Source: an uncultured Anaerolineaceae bacterium (lineage in GTDB: Bacteria; Chloroflexota; Anaerolineae; Anaerolineales; Anaerolineaceae). From it: 64,000 nt of DNA. The translations under genes and the position numbers were made by a program. Location of the stretch: assembly GCA_964532655.1 (NCBI GenBank), contig CAZHMZ010000003.1:8-64007 (forward strand), read 5' to 3'. Shown piece after piece: positions 10,710-20,378 of this stretch. The first letter of the stretch is position 1. Each line of letters begins with the position of its first letter. The notes below the pieces were generated by a model. The model ran no database searches, was not told where the DNA came from, and saw only the letters and a list, made by a program, of their open reading frames with translations.

Positions 10710-12344
10710 ATGATGGTAGACAAAGTCAAGAATGCCGCATCGCGCCGCGACTTCCTGAAAATGACGGCTTTTGCGAGTGCGGGCATGGCTGCCCTGGCAG
10801 CCGGCTGCGCCCCCCGATCTGCTGCCCAAAACAGCGACACCGAGTGGTCAAAGGAAGCGGATATTGTGGTGGTTGGCGCGGGAACCGTGATCGTAGCCGC
10901 GCTGGTAGCGGCCAAAGAAGGCGCCAAAGTCCTCGTGATTGAAAAATCACCCGCGTTCGGCGGAACCACCGCCCTTTCCGGCGGCGGGTTCTGGGTGCCC
11001 AATAACTATGCCATGAAAGAGCAGGGTATCGCAGATAGCCGCGAAGGCGCCATTGCTTATCTTCAGCGCGTGACCGAGGGACAATCAACCGATGAACTGA
11101 TCACAACTTATGTGGATTCTGCTCCCAAAATGGTTGAGTATCTGCGCGATCAGTTTAACTGGAAATTCGTCACCAACACCAGCCGGAATTTTGGCGATTA
11201 TTATGCCGGAGAAGGTTCCGTACCATACGGGCGTACCCTGTACATGGCCAATGAAGACGGCTCGTTGCAATACGGCTTCGGCACCTATCAAACCTTCAAA
11301 GCCGCGCTCGACGAACTGGGCGTTGAAGTGTTGTTCGATACCGCCGCTACCGATTTGATCACCAACGAAACCGGGGAGGTGATCGGTCTTGTCGCGCAAA
11401 GCGGCAACTCCGCCATGAACATCAAAGCCAATAAGGCTGTCATTTTAGGCACCGGTGGCTTTGATCATAATCGCACCTGGGCCAAACATTTCCTGCGTGG
11501 TCCCATTTTCTTCTCCAACGCCGTCTTCACCAATACCGGCGACGGGCAAATGATGGGCATGAAGCTTGGCGCCTCTCTGCGGAATATGAATGAAAGCTGG
11601 GGCCTGCCCGGTTTTCTACTGGATGCCGATAAGTTCCAGGGTGAAGCCGACTGGCAGATGTACCGCGGGAAACCCGGCGCCATCGTGGTCAACAAATATG
11701 GCGAAAGAATCGGGAACGAAGCCTGCCCTTACGAGCAGTTCCAGCGCTCCTTCTGGTACTATGATTCGGGCCTGTTTGAGTACCGAAATACCCCTGCCTT
11801 CTGGATCGCGGACAGCAAGTACGCCGAATATTACCCGTTCCCTGGCTCCAATTACCAGGTGGGTGTGATCCCCGAATGGGTGCAACAGGCCGATACGCTG
11901 GAAGAGCTGTGCAACAAGCTGGGTGTGGATGCCGCCGGTTTGCAGGCCACGCTTGAGGTGTTCAACCCGAATGCGGAAGCAGGCATTGACCCGGTCTGGC
12001 ACCGCGGCGAGAACCCGTTTGACGTGGACACCGCCGGCGACTATATGGGCCGCACCGATCTCAAAAATGTCACCCTCGCACCGATTGCCACCGGCCCGTT
12101 CTACGGCGCGCCGTATTACCCAGGCACCTGCGGCACTAACGGCGGCCTGGAGATCAACACCAACGGTCAGGTGATGCATCTCAACGGGCAGCCCATTCCG
12201 CGTCTGTATGCGGTGGGTAACACTTCCGGCAGTGTGATGGGCGCAGCCTACCCGGGCGGCGGATCCACACTGGGAGCCGGCTTTACATTCTCTTATCTGG
12301 CAGCCCTGCACGCGGTGGCATTAACCCTGGTGGGCGAAGAGTAA
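10710..12344 (+). CDS. Tat-exported FAD-dependent oxidoreductase (FAD_binding_2; fumarate reductase / KstD flavoprotein family), possible lipoprotein
   Basis: The twin-arginine signal is SRRDFLKMTAFASAGMAALAAGC. The dinucleotide fold is DIVVVGAGTVIVAALVAAKEGAKVLVIEK. The C-terminal motif LYAVGNTSGSV..YPGGGSTLG is present. AAGGAG lies upstream; ATG 10713 is an alternative start. Confidence 0.85.
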   Translation: MMVDKVKNAASRRDFLKMTAFASAGMAALAAGCAPRSAAQNSDTEWSKEADIVVVGAGTVIVAALVAAKEGAKVLVIEKSPAFGGTTALSGGGFWVPNNYAMKEQGIADSREGAIAYLQRVTEGQSTDELITTYVDSAPKMVEYLRDQFNWKFVTNTSRNFGDYYAGEGSVPYGRTLYMANEDGSLQYGFGTYQTFKAALDELGVEVLFDTAATDLITNETGEVIGLVAQSGNSAMNIKANKAVILGTGGFDHNRTWAKHFLRGPIFFSNAVFTNTGDGQMMGMKLGASLRNMNESWGLPGFLLDADKFQGEADWQMYRGKPGAIVVNKYGERIGNEACPYEQFQRSFWYYDSGLFEYRNTPAFWIADSKYAEYYPFPGSNYQVGVIPEWVQQADTLEELCNKLGVDAAGLQATLEVFNPNAEAGIDPVWHRGENPFDVDTAGDYMGRTDLKNVTLAPIATGPFYGAPYYPGTCGTNGGLEINTNGQVMHLNGQPIPRLYAVGNTSGSVMGAAYPGGGSTLGAGFTFSYLAALHAVALTLVGEE

Positions 12345-12395
12345 ATCATTCGGCACTCTCCTGTGCATCTTTCAGGAAATAAAAGGAGTATTGGA

Positions 12396-13010
12396 ATGAC
12401 CGAAGAGAATGAGGGCAAGGTAACCCCGCAACCAAAACCGAAAAAACAAAGGAAGCCTGTCAGCCCGCGCATGGCCAGAACCAGCATTGTGGTAAATATT
12501 ATTGTGCTGGCGTTGATCATCGTCGGGGCAGTCAGCGCATTTTTACTGCATCAAAGCGACACAAATCCTAAATTCTGCGCCACCTGCCATAATATGGATG
12601 AGCATGTCGAATCCTATCTGACCAGCGATCACCTGGATAACGTGCATTACCAGGCCGGCGTACAATGCAAGGAATGCCATTTTGAGTACACCGTCACCGA
12701 TGAAGTGGTCAGCGGCGTCAACTTCCTGATCGGGAATTATGATGATCCGATTCAAAAGCGCAAGTATTCAGATGATATGTGTATTGAATGTCATATCAGC
12801 CTGGATTTCCAGGCCGTGAAAACGGATTTCTTAAGCAAAAACCCTCACAAGAGTCACTGGCCCGATCTGAGTTGCTCGAACTGCCACCAGTCACATGCAA
12901 ACCAGGTTGATTACTGCAGCCAGTGCCATGATAACGGTGGGCAGCGTATGGTAGAGGATGATGAGATCATCCCCCGCGCCGAGAACCCGTGGGACGATTC
13001 AGGCCATTAA
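12396..13010 (+). CDS. Membrane-anchored multihaem cytochrome c, NapC/NirT/NrfH-like, five CXXCH motifs
   Basis: The haem motifs are CATCH, CKECH, CIECH, CSNCH and CSQCH. There is one N-terminal TM segment (IVVNIIVLALIIVGAVSAFLL). The start is ATG 12396 after AAGGAG; the ORF track begins at 12363. Confidence 0.85.
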   Translation: MTEENEGKVTPQPKPKKQRKPVSPRMARTSIVVNIIVLALIIVGAVSAFLLHQSDTNPKFCATCHNMDEHVESYLTSDHLDNVHYQAGVQCKECHFEYTVTDEVVSGVNFLIGNYDDPIQKRKYSDDMCIECHISLDFQAVKTDFLSKNPHKSHWPDLSCSNCHQSHANQVDYCSQCHDNGGQRMVEDDEIIPRAENPWDDSGH

Positions 13011-13039
13011 GGCTCGTAATTAATCGCCTCAAGTTTTTC

Positions 13040-13075
13040 AAAAGACTTCCGGTTTGTAACCGGAAGTCTTTTTCC
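13040..13075 (+). terminator. Rho-independent terminator after the cytochrome gene
   Basis: AAAGACTTCCGGTT-tgta-AACCGGAAGTCTTT followed by TTT. Confidence 0.8.
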
Positions 13076-13178
13076 AGGGCTACCGGCGTCCGCTCATCTC
13101 TGCAGAAATGAAAGCTGTCTCACCGGAAATGCAGGCTGGTGATAAAATGTAGCCAATATAAGTTGGTAGAAGGAGTGA

Positions 13179-13394
13179 ATGATTATGCCGTTTCGAATTG
13201 GTTGGCCTGAACTGCTGATTGTCTTATTGATCATGATGGTGCTATTTGGCGGCCGTCTCACGAAATCAGCCGGAGAACTGGCAAAGGGAATCAAAATCTT
13301 CCAGAAAACGATGAAAGAAGATGAAGAGACAAAAGAGAGCAGCAAAACCGCCAGTGTTGCTGAAAAGATCGATACATCGGATAAACCGGAATAA
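13179..13394 (+). CDS. tatA: Twin-arginine translocase subunit TatA/E
   Basis: MPFRIGWPELLIVLLIMMVLFGGRLTKSAGELAKGIKIFQK has the TM segment, the FG hinge and the amphipathic helix typical of TatA. The likely start is ATG 13185, 9 nt after GAAGGAG. Confidence 0.85.
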   Translation: MIMPFRIGWPELLIVLLIMMVLFGGRLTKSAGELAKGIKIFQKTMKEDEETKESSKTASVAEKIDTSDKPE

Positions 13395-13450
13395 TTCGCT
13401 GAAGCTGTACATCGTCGGGTAGATCATTTGGCGAATACTGCCCGCACAGA

Positions 13451-13510
13451 AAAAATCGGGGTTGTTTTAGGCTGTCTGTTCACAACGGACAGGGTGAAAC
13501 CCCGATTTTC
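13451..13510. terminator. Bidirectional terminator between tatA (+) and the thioesterase gene (-)
   Basis: The outer stem is AAAATCGGGG...CCCCGATTTT with an inner hairpin. It has an A-run on the left and a T-run on the right. Confidence 0.7.
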
Positions 13511-13532
13511 TGCATTCTATTATCAGGACGTT

Positions 13533-13922
13533 TTATATAGTTTTCGCCTGAACGCGCGCTAAAAATTTTGCTTCATCAATGATGTACCGTTCGTGAACGG
13601 CCTCACCGATTTGCTCCGCTTCATCCCAGGCCTGCACTTTAAACACCAGCCGCCGACCATCTATCTCAACCAGCTCAGCCAGCGCATGTACTTTCATCCC
13701 CACGGGTGTGGCGGCCATATGTTTTACATCAATTCGCCCGCCCACGGTCGTCTTTCCTTCCGCCAGGTACCCCCGCAGAGCCTGAACCGCGGCGCTTTCC
13801 ATCAAACCCACCAGCGCGGGGGTTGAATAGACCGGTACCAGCCCGCTGCCCCACTTTGCGGCGGTATCCTCATTGCTTACGGTGATTTCAACTTTTCCTG
13901 TTATGCCTGTTGTCAGCTCCAT
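13533..13922 (-). CDS. Hotdog-fold thioesterase, FlK (fluoroacetyl-CoA thioesterase)-like family
   Basis: 129 aa. Blocks VYSTPALVGLMESAAVQAL, HMAATPVGMKV and VEIDGRRLVFKVQAWDE..IGEAVHERYII resemble the FlK family as I recall it. Confidence 0.75.
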   Translation of the reverse strand: MELTTGITGKVEITVSNEDTAAKWGSGLVPVYSTPALVGLMESAAVQALRGYLAEGKTTVGGRIDVKHMAATPVGMKVHALAELVEIDGRRLVFKVQAWDEAEQIGEAVHERYIIDEAKFLARVQAKTI

Positions 13923-13954
13923 GGATCTCCCTCATTTCATGTTCAATAGTACGA

Positions 13955-14683
13955 TTATAAACGCTTCGAAGAGCCGTCTGTATCTTTTGAGAGGATGAGC
14001 GCCTGTTTGATCTCAGCGATGGCGCGGGTGATGTGAATATCACGCGGGCAGGCCTCTGTGCAATTGAATACCGTTCTGCAGCGCCATACCCCGTCCGGCA
14101 GGTTGAGTATCCGCAAACGCTGCTCCGCGGCGGTGTCGCGGCTGTCAAACAGAAAGCGGTGAGCGCTCACCAGAGCAGCCGGGCCTACATAACGGTGGTT
14201 TGACCAGTATGAAGGACAGGATGTGGTGCAGGCCGCGCACAGGATGCACTTGGTGGTATCGTCAAAGCGCTGCCGATCCTCAGGAGATTGCAATCGCTCG
14301 CGCCCTTCCGGAGCCGGTTGATCGTTGATCAGATAGGGCAGAACAGAGCGATACTGTTCGAAGAACGGGTCCATGTCCACCATCAGATCCTTGATCACCC
14401 GCAGACCCAACAACGGTTCCAGGGTGATGTGGTTGGTACCCACATCTTTCACCAGCACCTTGCAGGCCAGCCGGTTTCGCCCATTGATGCGCATGGCGCA
14501 TGAACCGCACACCGCGTGCCCGCAGGAGCGACGGTACGCCAGGCTGCCATCAACACGATCCCGCACCTGTTCCAGCACATCCATGATCCGTTCGTTCGGG
14601 TCCACCTCCAGCGGATAAGACTCAAAATGCGGGCGGTTATCGAACTCGGGATGAAAACGTTTTACTTTCAGTTCAATTTGCAT
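13955..14683 (-). CDS. sdhB: Succinate dehydrogenase/fumarate reductase iron-sulfur subunit
   Basis: 242 aa with three Cys clusters: CGSCAMRINGRNRLAC, CILCAACTTSCP and CRTVFNCTEACP. Confidence 0.95.
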   Translation of the reverse strand: MQIELKVKRFHPEFDNRPHFESYPLEVDPNERIMDVLEQVRDRVDGSLAYRRSCGHAVCGSCAMRINGRNRLACKVLVKDVGTNHITLEPLLGLRVIKDLMVDMDPFFEQYRSVLPYLINDQPAPEGRERLQSPEDRQRFDDTTKCILCAACTTSCPSYWSNHRYVGPAALVSAHRFLFDSRDTAAEQRLRILNLPDGVWRCRTVFNCTEACPRDIHITRAIAEIKQALILSKDTDGSSKRL

Positions 14684-14695
14684 ACCGGCATCCCC

Positions 14696-16486
14696 TTAAT
14701 AAGTGCGTTCTTTCAGCTCAAAGTGGGTCATCCTGACGGGTTTGTAGGCCAACCGCACCGTGCTTTCCTCCAGCCAAGCCAGCGTATGTTTCAGCCAATC
14801 CTGATCATCGCGGCGCGGATAATCCTCGCGGGAATGGGCCCCACGGCTCTCGTGGCGTGCCAGCGCAGAGCGGCTGGTCACCAGCGCCAGATCCAGTAGA
14901 TTGCCCAGTTCCCACACCCCCATCAGTTCCATGTTGTAGCGGCTGCCGGGGTCTGATATCTTCACGTGGCGATAACGCTGGCGTAATTCTTCAATCCTCT
15001 GCACGGCTTCCTGTAGACCATCTTCGGTGCGAAAAACACCCACATCACGGCTCATCACTTCACGCATCTCATTACGAAGATCGGCGGCTTTCTCCGGCCC
15101 ATCGGCTGTGCGCAGGCGGTTGAGCCTGTCCAGCACGGGTTCAGCGGCGTCTTTGGGCAACGGCTGCAGTCCGGCTCTGGCCGCGTAGGCGGCCGCATCC
15201 AGACCCGCATGTTTGCCAAACACAATCAGATCCAGCAGCGAATTGGTGCCCAGGCGGTTTGCCCCGTGCACCGACACACAGGCAGTCTCGCCGGCGGCGT
15301 ACAATCCCGGCAGGACGGTATTGTTTTCATCGATCACCACCTGCCCGAAGTGGTTGGTGGGGATGCCGCCCATGGCGTAATGCGCGGTGGGCTGCACCGG
15401 GATGGGCTGCCTGAGGGGGTCGACGCCCAGGTAGGTCTCGCAAAAATCTACGATATCCGGGATTTTCGACAAAATTTCCTTGCCGTCCACCTGGTATGGC
15501 GAGCCGTCCGGCCGCGTACGCCCGTCGAGCTGCGCGTAATGGTTGACCGTTTCCGGGCGCACATCCAGGTGCAGATAATTTTTTCCCTCAATCCCCCTGC
15601 CCTCTCGCATCTCCAGGTACATAGCCCGGCTGACCACATCACGGGAGGCCAGATCTTTCACATGGGGAGCGTACTTGGGCATGAAGCGCTCCCCTGATCC
15701 GTTCAGGAGGATACCTCCCTCACCGCGAACCGCTTCGGTGATCAGAATGCCCAGCTTCAGGATGCCGGTGGGATGGAACTGATAAAACTCCATATCCTCC
15801 GCCGGTATGCCGCGTCGCAGGGTGACGGCCACGCCGTCGCCGGTATAGGCAAATGCGTTGGAGGTCACCTGCCACATCCGGCCGTGCCCGCCGGTGGCAA
15901 AAATAACCGCTTTGGTGTGAAACAGATATAACTCTCCGCTCGAGATCTCCAGCGCGATCACCCCGGCCGCCGCGCCGCCCTCGATGAGCACATCCACCAC
16001 CAAAAATTCGTTGTAGAACTCGATCTGGTTCTTAATGCAGTGTTGATACAGGGTTTGCAGGATCATGTGGCCGGTGCGATCCGCCGCGTAACAGGCACGC
16101 CGCACGGCTTTACCCGTTTGATTGTTGGTGTGACCCCCAAAAGGCCGCTGGGCAATCCGCCCATCCGGTGTGCGCGAGAACGGCAGACCCATGTGCTCCA
16201 GTTCATACACAGCCGCGACCGCCTCGGAACACATGAACTCAATCGCATCCTGATCGCCCAGGTAATCACTGCCCTTCACTGTATCGAAGGCGTGCCAATC
16301 CGGATGATCTTCTTCCAGGTTTCCCAGCGCCGCCCCCACCCCGCCCTGAGCCGCACCGGTGTGTGATCGGGAGGGATACAGTTTACTGATCACAGCCGTT
16401 TTGGCTGTTTTTGAGGCATGCAGCGCAGCCATCAATCCGGCTCCGCCCGCACCCACAACCACCACATCAAAAGTTCTGGTTTGCAT
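14696..16486 (-). CDS. sdhA: Succinate dehydrogenase/fumarate reductase flavoprotein subunit
   Basis: 596 aa, with [13 protein letters not shown], the covalent-FAD region [11 protein letters not shown] and HPTG. Confidence 0.95.
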   Translation of the reverse strand: MQTRTFDVVVVGAGGAGLMAALHASKTAKTAVISKLYPSRSHTGAAQGGVGAALGNLEEDHPDWHAFDTVKGSDYLGDQDAIEFMCSEAVAAVYELEHMGLPFSRTPDGRIAQRPFGGHTNNQTGKAVRRACYAADRTGHMILQTLYQHCIKNQIEFYNEFLVVDVLIEGGAAAGVIALEISSGELYLFHTKAVIFATGGHGRMWQVTSNAFAYTGDGVAVTLRRGIPAEDMEFYQFHPTGILKLGILITEAVRGEGGILLNGSGERFMPKYAPHVKDLASRDVVSRAMYLEMREGRGIEGKNYLHLDVRPETVNHYAQLDGRTRPDGSPYQVDGKEILSKIPDIVDFCETYLGVDPLRQPIPVQPTAHYAMGGIPTNHFGQVVIDENNTVLPGLYAAGETACVSVHGANRLGTNSLLDLIVFGKHAGLDAAAYAARAGLQPLPKDAAEPVLDRLNRLRTADGPEKAADLRNEMREVMSRDVGVFRTEDGLQEAVQRIEELRQRYRHVKISDPGSRYNMELMGVWELGNLLDLALVTSRSALARHESRGAHSREDYPRRDDQDWLKHTLAWLEESTVRLAYKPVRMTHFELKERTY

Positions 16487-16499
16487 TGATCCCCCCTGT

Positions 16500-16898
16500 T
16501 TATGGCCGACCTACGCCGCCCACAATAGCCATGGCTCCAATCACACTGATCACCAGCCAGGCGGCCAGCAGCAGGCGTGAAATTGTCACGCGGACGCGAT
16601 CTCCGCGCAGATAATCCATCAACACCTGCCGGAAACCGTTCATGCCGTGGGTGAAAGCCAGTACCAGCAGGAAGGCGTCATAAACCCTCCAGCCTAAATT
16701 GGCCCACCGCGCGGCCACATAATCCACATCGATATTCTGTACACCTATCAAAATATCCTGGATGAGCACATGGATAAAGACAAGCGGGATCACCAGAACA
16801 CCGCTGAAACGCATCCACATCCAGGCCTTGCGTTCAAAGTCACTCAGTGGCGGATTGGAGGTGTTTTTCTTTCCGGAAACGGGTAATGATTGATCCAT
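16500..16898 (-). CDS. sdhD: Succinate dehydrogenase hydrophobic membrane subunit
   Basis: 132 aa with three hydrophobic helices, located between sdhC and sdhA. Confidence 0.75.
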   Translation of the reverse strand: MDQSLPVSGKKNTSNPPLSDFERKAWMWMRFSGVLVIPLVFIHVLIQDILIGVQNIDVDYVAARWANLGWRVYDAFLLVLAFTHGMNGFRQVLMDYLRGDRVRVTISRLLLAAWLVISVIGAMAIVGGVGRP

Positions 16899-16907
16899 GC
16901 ATACCTC

Positions 16908-17327
16908 CTAGCCGCCCAGCAGGCCAAAATTGTGAATGAGGATGCTGCGCAGCATCACCAGCATGGCCGGGATCCACAGGATCAGCGCGACCGTGAGGGT
17001 AAACCGGACCGAGTACCTTTGCATGGGGATGTTCCAGAACCGCGGCACCAGCACATCAAACACCGCCAACCGCAGCCCGTTGACCCCGTGATAAATAACG
17101 GCAAAAATCAACAGGATTTCGCCAAAACCAAACAGGGCGCTGCGGTAAAAACCCATTACCTCGTCATACAAATTGGGAGCAAAATAAACCAGCGCGGTGT
17201 CCAGGATATGGATGGATAAAAACAAAAGCGTTCCCAACCCTGTGATACGGTGCAGTAAAAAACCAATATGGCCTTCGCGTCCGCGATAGGTAGCATACCC
17301 TCGCAAGGCTGTGAGAAAATTTGCCAC
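16908..17327 (-). CDS. sdhC: Succinate dehydrogenase cytochrome b subunit
   Basis: Polytopic membrane protein and first gene of the sdh cluster. The ORF track starts at TTG 17345. GTG 17327 lies 5 nt after AGGGAGG and is preferred. Confidence 0.75.
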   Translation of the reverse strand: MANFLTALRGYATYRGREGHIGFLLHRITGLGTLLFLSIHILDTALVYFAPNLYDEVMGFYRSALFGFGEILLIFAVIYHGVNGLRLAVFDVLVPRFWNIPMQRYSVRFTLTVALILWIPAMLVMLRSILIHNFGLLGG

Positions 17328-17388
17328 TAGCACCTCCCTAAGCAAATCGATTCAATTATTTAATGTTGCGCTGTTTCATTTTAACATG

Positions 17389-17424
17389 AAAAAACACCCG
17401 ATTCTCTGGAATCAGAAAATCGGG
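17389..17424 (-). terminator. Rho-independent terminator after the CBS-domain gene
   Basis: Minus strand reads GCCCGATTTTCTGATTCCAGAGAATCGGGTG followed by TTTTTT. Confidence 0.7.
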
Positions 17425-17469
17425 CATGATTAATAAATATCGCTGTAGCGGAAAGTCGTTTACAGCCTG

Positions 17470-17910
17470 TTACACGAGATTAGCCCACAGGATATTCTCC
17501 AGATCCTCAATGGTGTAATCGCGCTCAAACATTTCCTGTTTGATAATATCGCCGATGGAGACCACGCCGATGAGTTTTTTGTCTCTCAGTACAGGCAGAT
17601 GGCGGAAATGCATGGTGCCCATCACTGCCATGCCTTCATCGATGGTCTGGTCTGCCTTAATGAAATAGACCGGCGAAACCATCACCTCTTTGATAGGTGT
17701 ATCGAGCGGGAGATCTTCGCGAACTGCCATTAAACGGGCAAAATCCCGTTCAGAGTACAGCCCGACGATTTTTTCACCATCCATGACCGGAACAAATCCG
17801 ATGCGCTTTTCAGCCATCATCCGAAGTGCGTCGAGCAGGGTTGCATCAACCTGTACGGAATACACCTCAGAGTTCTTTTGATTAAGAAGATCCATTATGG
17901 TTTCACTCAT
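17470..17910 (-). CDS. CBS-domain pair protein
   Basis: 146 aa with two CBS-like repeats (GFVPVMDGEKIVGLYSERD; RHLPVLRDKKLIGVVSIGD). Confidence 0.85.
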   Translation of the reverse strand: MSETIMDLLNQKNSEVYSVQVDATLLDALRMMAEKRIGFVPVMDGEKIVGLYSERDFARLMAVREDLPLDTPIKEVMVSPVYFIKADQTIDEGMAVMGTMHFRHLPVLRDKKLIGVVSIGDIIKQEMFERDYTIEDLENILWANLV

Positions 17911-18171
17911 GACATCCTCCCGTACGATCCAGACGCTGGATTTATGATGATTATCGTAAAACTGGAGCCGTTTGTCAAGCTATTTTTGTGATTTTCTTCC
18001 CAATCAGTATGACATTTCGCGTAATCCAAAATCTGCGCACATCCACGAGTCGCATCCTAAGGAATAACCCGGCTGAAAATCCCCTGTGATACGCGGTGTC
18101 GATTTCGGCTATAATGATTCCATCTTCATCGTCTTAACAATTCCACATCATCAGATTACAGCGAGGTCCTG

Positions 18172-20322
18172 ATGCTCCCCGAGGACGAAATACTTCTGCG
18201 AGATCGGTACAAGATTCTTGGCCTGTTGGGCCACGGCGGTATGGGATCGGTTCACCTGGCGTATGATACCGCGCTGGATATCCAGGTAGCGGTCAAGAGC
18301 AACCGAAATTCTGAGGCCAGCAGTCAGGAGCAGTTTCTGCGCGAAGCCCGGCTTCTGGCAACTTTGCGTCATACCAACCTTCCACGCGTGATCGATCATT
18401 TTATTGTGGGCGATACGCAGTATCTGGTGATGGACTTTATCCCCGGCCGCGATCTGGAGACCATTCTTAAGGAAGAAGGTATTCCCCCTGTGGATCGCAT
18501 CCTGGATTGGTCGCGCCAGCTCGTTTCGGCCATCACTTACCTGCACACCCAGAACCCGCCGGTCATCCACCGCGATATTAAGCCGGCCAATGTGAAGATC
18601 ACCCCGGATGGACAGGCGATTCTGGTGGATTTCGGCCTGGCCAAAGCCGCCGACCCCACCCAGGCTACCGCCGCCGGAGCGACCGGCTATACCCCAGGTT
18701 ACGCTCCTCCTGAGCAGTACGGCGGATCGCACACCAGCCCCCGCTCCGATCAATACTCGCTGGCGGCAACCCTGTACAAGCTGTTCACCAATCAAAAACC
18801 GGTAGAGAGCATCAAACGCCTGCTGGGCGAGGCTGTGCTCACCCCCATGCAGGGTCTCAACTCTGCCGTACCGGCCCACATTCAGGCAGCCATTGAAAAA
18901 GCCATGTCGCTGCAACCACAGGACCGGTTTCCGTCGATGCAGGCGTTTTTACAGGCCCTCAGCAACCCTGCCAGCCAGACTGTCTCAACACCCACCATCG
19001 CCCTGGGAGAGCAGACGGTTATCAAACCTCCTGCCACCGTTCAGCCCACCACGCCCCAGATGGATACCGGTAACACCGTTGCATCAAAAGACGGATTAAC
19101 AAAAAATGTTCCGGTCAAAAAAGGTACCAAACTGTTGGCGACCTGCGGAATCATCGCCGCGGCCGGGTTGGTACTGACGCTGATTGGCGTGGGGGTCTGG
19201 TTCGCCTTTCTGCGCGATATAATCCCGCAAATCCTGTCAAACCCCTCCACCCCCACGCAGGAGATGCTGGTGGGAGAGGTTTTGGAAACCCCACAGATCA
19301 CCTCCACGGATGAGCCGGTTGTTGAACCCACCATCACCGAAACCCAGCCACCAGCGCCATCATCCACCGACACGATACAGGCAACCGTCGCAGCGGATAC
19401 CGCTACACCCACCAGAGAGCCTGCCCCGGCCTTCCTGGTGAATGAAAATCGGGTGGTCTTCGTCAGCGATCGCGCGGATGGGTCCACCTGGCAGTTATGG
19501 ACCATGCAGATCGGGCAGACCCATACCAATGAGATCGTGGCTATGAATCTGCAGCAGATCACCTTTGATGCCGGTGACAAAAGCCAGCCGGAATGGTCGC
19601 CGGACGGCAGCAAACTCATCTACTGCGCACCGGCCTCTGAAGGGGCAAAAAACCAAATCTGGCTGCTTGACCTTTCTGTTAAAAACTCACAGCCGGTCAT
19701 GCTCACCGATCTGGCAGGTTCCAACTTTGATCCGGCCTGGTCGCCGGATGGCAAGCGGATTGCCTTTGCCAACTATGGCCGGTACACCGATGTGTACGCG
19801 CTGTATGTGATGGATGCGGACGGCAAAAATTTGAAACGCCTCAGCATTGATTATCAGGAGACCGACCCTGAATTTACCCCCGATATGGAGTGGCTGCTGT
19901 ATGTTCTGCATGGAAACGGCCACCAGTACTTCTACTGGCGCAACCAGATCGAAGACTATGCCACCCCGGCCCCGTTTGATCCCACCTCACACTTCGGGCG
20001 CATGGGTGAGGTGGATGAACCGGCCATTTCGCCGGATGGAAGCTACCTGGTGTATACCCGCCAGGATGGCCCTGACCGGCAAATCTGGTCTGTTGATTTC
20101 AGTTCACGCGGAGCCAGTACCCTGCTGCTGACCGACGGTTACTTGGCCGAGTACGAACCGGCCTGGTCGCCGGATGGGCAGTGGGTGGTGTTCACCTCCG
20201 AGCGTGATGGCAACCAGGAGATCTATGTGATGACCTCGGTGGGTTTGCTTCAAACTAATCTGACGAATGATCCGGGTGTTGACCTGCAGGCGGATTGGTT
20301 CACCGGCCTTCCTCAGCAGTAA
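18172..20322 (+). CDS. Ser/Thr protein kinase with a TM segment and an extracytoplasmic TolB-like (PD40/WD40-like) beta-propeller
   Basis: Hanks kinase motifs are GHGGMGSVH, VAVK, HRDIKPANV, DFGLAK and GYAPPEQ. The TM segment is LLATCGIIAAAGLVLTLIGVGVWFAFL. Five repeats of the P(A/E)WSPDG type follow. Confidence 0.9.
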   Translation: MLPEDEILLRDRYKILGLLGHGGMGSVHLAYDTALDIQVAVKSNRNSEASSQEQFLREARLLATLRHTNLPRVIDHFIVGDTQYLVMDFIPGRDLETILKEEGIPPVDRILDWSRQLVSAITYLHTQNPPVIHRDIKPANVKITPDGQAILVDFGLAKAADPTQATAAGATGYTPGYAPPEQYGGSHTSPRSDQYSLAATLYKLFTNQKPVESIKRLLGEAVLTPMQGLNSAVPAHIQAAIEKAMSLQPQDRFPSMQAFLQALSNPASQTVSTPTIALGEQTVIKPPATVQPTTPQMDTGNTVASKDGLTKNVPVKKGTKLLATCGIIAAAGLVLTLIGVGVWFAFLRDIIPQILSNPSTPTQEMLVGEVLETPQITSTDEPVVEPTITETQPPAPSSTDTIQATVAADTATPTREPAPAFLVNENRVVFVSDRADGSTWQLWTMQIGQTHTNEIVAMNLQQITFDAGDKSQPEWSPDGSKLIYCAPASEGAKNQIWLLDLSVKNSQPVMLTDLAGSNFDPAWSPDGKRIAFANYGRYTDVYALYVMDADGKNLKRLSIDYQETDPEFTPDMEWLLYVLHGNGHQYFYWRNQIEDYATPAPFDPTSHFGRMGEVDEPAISPDGSYLVYTRQDGPDRQIWSVDFSSRGASTLLLTDGYLAEYEPAWSPDGQWVVFTSERDGNQEIYVMTSVGLLQTNLTNDPGVDLQADWFTGLPQQ

Positions 20323-20340
20323 AACGCGGCAGATGCTTAC

Positions 20341-20372
20341 AAAAAACCCGCTGCTTGAAGCAGCGGGTTTTA
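20341..20372. terminator. Bidirectional rho-independent terminator
   Basis: AAAAAACCCGCTGC-ttgaa-GCAGCGGGTTTT between the convergent kinase (+) and zinc-finger (-) genes. Confidence 0.8.
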
Positions 20373-20378
20373 CTTTTG

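Noticed and set aside
11616-12311. 231-aa minus-strand ORF inside the flavoprotein gene; similar cases at 4506-5057 and 1220-1759
   Set aside because: They are antisense or alternate-frame to confidently assigned genes in GC-rich DNA.
18151-18915. 254-aa minus-strand ORF antisense to the kinase gene
   Set aside because: It overlaps the conserved Hanks kinase domain on the opposite strand. It has no motifs and an Arg/Gly-rich composition.
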